A stretch of 61,644 bases of DNA, filler included. It is 5 parts of 5 records of this genome, joined end to end, with 100 filler letters (N's around TTAATTAATTAA, not from the genome) between each part and the next. Parts side by side here need not be neighbours in the genome. Positions count along the whole stretch, not along the records: positions 53,117 to 61,644 come from DRR378314_765; 4 more parts are not named here. One strand, written 5' to 3'. Shown piece by piece: positions 60,244-61,644 of this stretch (position 1 is its first letter; each line of letters starts with the position of its first letter). The position numbers were made by a program, and so were the translations under genes. The notes beneath the pieces are model-generated. The model worked only from the letters and a program-made list of their open reading frames with translations. It ran no database searches and was not told the origin of the DNA.

Positions 60244-61644
60244 AGTTAACCGCTGAACAGCAAGCCGTTGTCCAGCATCGCGAGGGGCATGCCCGCGTAG
60301 CTGCTGTTGCAGGGGCGGGTAAGACCACCACCATGGCGGCAAGGGTGCTCCACCTGTTGGCGTCTGGTGTATCGCCGAAGCGTATGCTGGTGCTGATGTT
60401 TAACCGCTCAGCCCGAGACGATTTTCAACGCCGCCTGATCAGCATGGCGCCTCAAGGGCAACCATTGCCAGATGTGCGCACCTTTCACTCCCTTGGTCAT
60501 CGGTTGACGCAGAGTCTGTGTCGCTGGGGGGCGCTTGCACCGAGGCGCCTGCTGTCTGCTGATTGGCAGCTAGAGCGCCTGTTACGTCAGGCGAGCCTGA
60601 ATGTGCTTCACGATGCCGTTGAGCGTCGCGATGCGGCTATCGAAGGTGATCGATTAGAAGCGCTTGCTCACTTCTGTGGGCTGGTAAAAGCGGAAATGCT
60701 ATCGGCTGATGTACTTTACAAGCGTCTTAATTACGAGCCGGATACTGACTACTTTCCCAGAGCATTTGATGAAGCTGAACGGCTATTGCACGTTGAAGGC
60801 GTCATGACCTACGCTGACTTGCTCTACCGGCCCCTGCAAGTGTTAGAAGCCGAACAGACCTTGCGCAGTCGTGTGGAAGGTTTTCTTGATCATGTGATCA
60901 TTGATGAATACCAGGATATTAACACTGCCCAGCAGCGGTTGCTGGCGGTGTTGGCGGGCTCCAGCGCCAATGTGATGGCGGTAGGTGATGCGAATCAGTG
61001 CATCTACGAATGGCGGGGCGCACGCCCTGACACCATGCTGGAAAACTTTACCGCCACGTTTGGCAGCGCCACAAACTACCCGCTCTCTATCACGTTTCGT
61101 CATGGCCACGCGCTGGCGCTGACCGCAAACCATGCCATCATGGCTAATCAGCGCCGACCAGACCAGCTCTGTTTGGCGGATGCTAATAATCCTGAGACCC
61201 ATATATCTGTCGGCCAGGGCAGCCGACTGCTGCTTGATGCCTTAGTCGATTGGCAAGCGCAGGGGCGCGCGTTGAGCGATGTTAGTCTGCTGGTGCGTAG
61301 TTGGGCGCTTTCGGTGCCATTTCAGTTGGCGTTACTGCAGGCAGGTATTCCATTTCGTCTTCAACGAGAAGATCGTTTCGTTTTCCGACTCCCTCTCGTG
61401 CAGGCATTGGCTGGCTATTTGAAACTGTCTCGCCAGCCAGAGCTGCTGCACGACCCAGAGCAACTCTTGCTTTTGCTCTCTCAGCCAACGCCTTTTGTTG
61501 CCCGTGAGCGGCTTCAGCAGCTTGCCTATCAGCTGGCCGGCACCCAACGCTGGCCTGAACGCCACGAGCCGGTACTAACCTCTCTAAAGCCGCTGCAGCG
61601 CCGCACGCTTAAAAAACGCTGGGCGCTGCTATGTGAGCTGCCCA
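60240..61644 (+). CDS. UvrD/Rep family ATP-dependent helicase (3' end cut off by window edge)
   Basis: Not in the ORF track. GTG start overlapping the DUF1285 stop: MKLTAEQQAVV...AVAGAGKTTT, IDEYQDIN, VGDANQCIYEWRGA. Confidence 0.93.
   Translation, partial: MKLTAEQQAVVQHREGHARVAAVAGAGKTTTMAARVLHLLASGVSPKRMLVLMFNRSARDDFQRRLISMAPQGQPLPDVRTFHSLGHRLTQSLCRWGALAPRRLLSADWQLERLLRQASLNVLHDAVERRDAAIEGDRLEALAHFCGLVKAEMLSADVLYKRLNYEPDTDYFPRAFDEAERLLHVEGVMTYADLLYRPLQVLEAEQTLRSRVEGFLDHVIIDEYQDINTAQQRLLAVLAGSSANVMAVGDANQCIYEWRGARPDTMLENFTATFGSATNYPLSITFRHGHALALTANHAIMANQRRPDQLCLADANNPETHISVGQGSRLLLDALVDWQAQGRALSDVSLLVRSWALSVPFQLALLQAGIPFRLQREDRFVFRLPLVQALAGYLKLSRQPELLHDPEQLLLLLSQPTPFVARERLQQLAYQLAGTQRWPERHEPVLTSLKPLQRRTLKKRWALLCELP

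Overview
The window is not one locus. It is five contigs joined by identical artificial 100-bp spacers (44 N + TTAATTAATTAA + 44 N) at 24246-24345, 40190-40289, 47791-47890 and 53017-53116. Taxonomic labels are inferences from gene content and composition. Contig A (1-24245, Rhodobacterales/roseobacter-like): argF, argD, gcrA, a ThDP enzyme + CoA-transferase pair, TPR-opgC-opgG-opgH, YHS/rhodanese, arsR-arsP, kpsT-kpsE-kdsA, a phosphomannomutase, trpF, ihfB and partial rpsA. Contig B (24346-40189, high-GC gammaproteobacterium, Alcanivorax-like): plsB, Dyp peroxidase, aldehyde dehydrogenase, map-glnD-dapC-yffB-dapD-dapE and rpsB-tsf with its leader. Contig C (40290-47790) is an accessory region: two tyrosine-integrase fragments, a phage-like gene fragment, a toxin-antitoxin pair whose toxin has an in-frame internal deletion, 2xLysR-GST-flavin/ferredoxin genes, and an attI-like site plus a first integron cassette with no intI next to it. 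Contig D (47891-53016, high GC): cobalamin riboswitch-btuB-pduO, a tandem AP2-like protein and a BaeS-like kinase, with REP elements at both ends. Contig E (53117-61644, Halomonas-like): acpP-fabF-pabC-mltG-tmk-holB-pilZ-tatD-DUF1285-UvrD. The best novelty candidates, mostly missing from the ORF track, are a 14-aa Arg-rich leader peptide (MITRKHILLRRRQG, tandem CGA codons) upstream of argD-argF, a TCACG-N4-CGTGA motif repeated upstream of two convergent operons, the intI-less integron platform, the tandem AP2-like protein and an inverted heptamer-repeat element after plsB.
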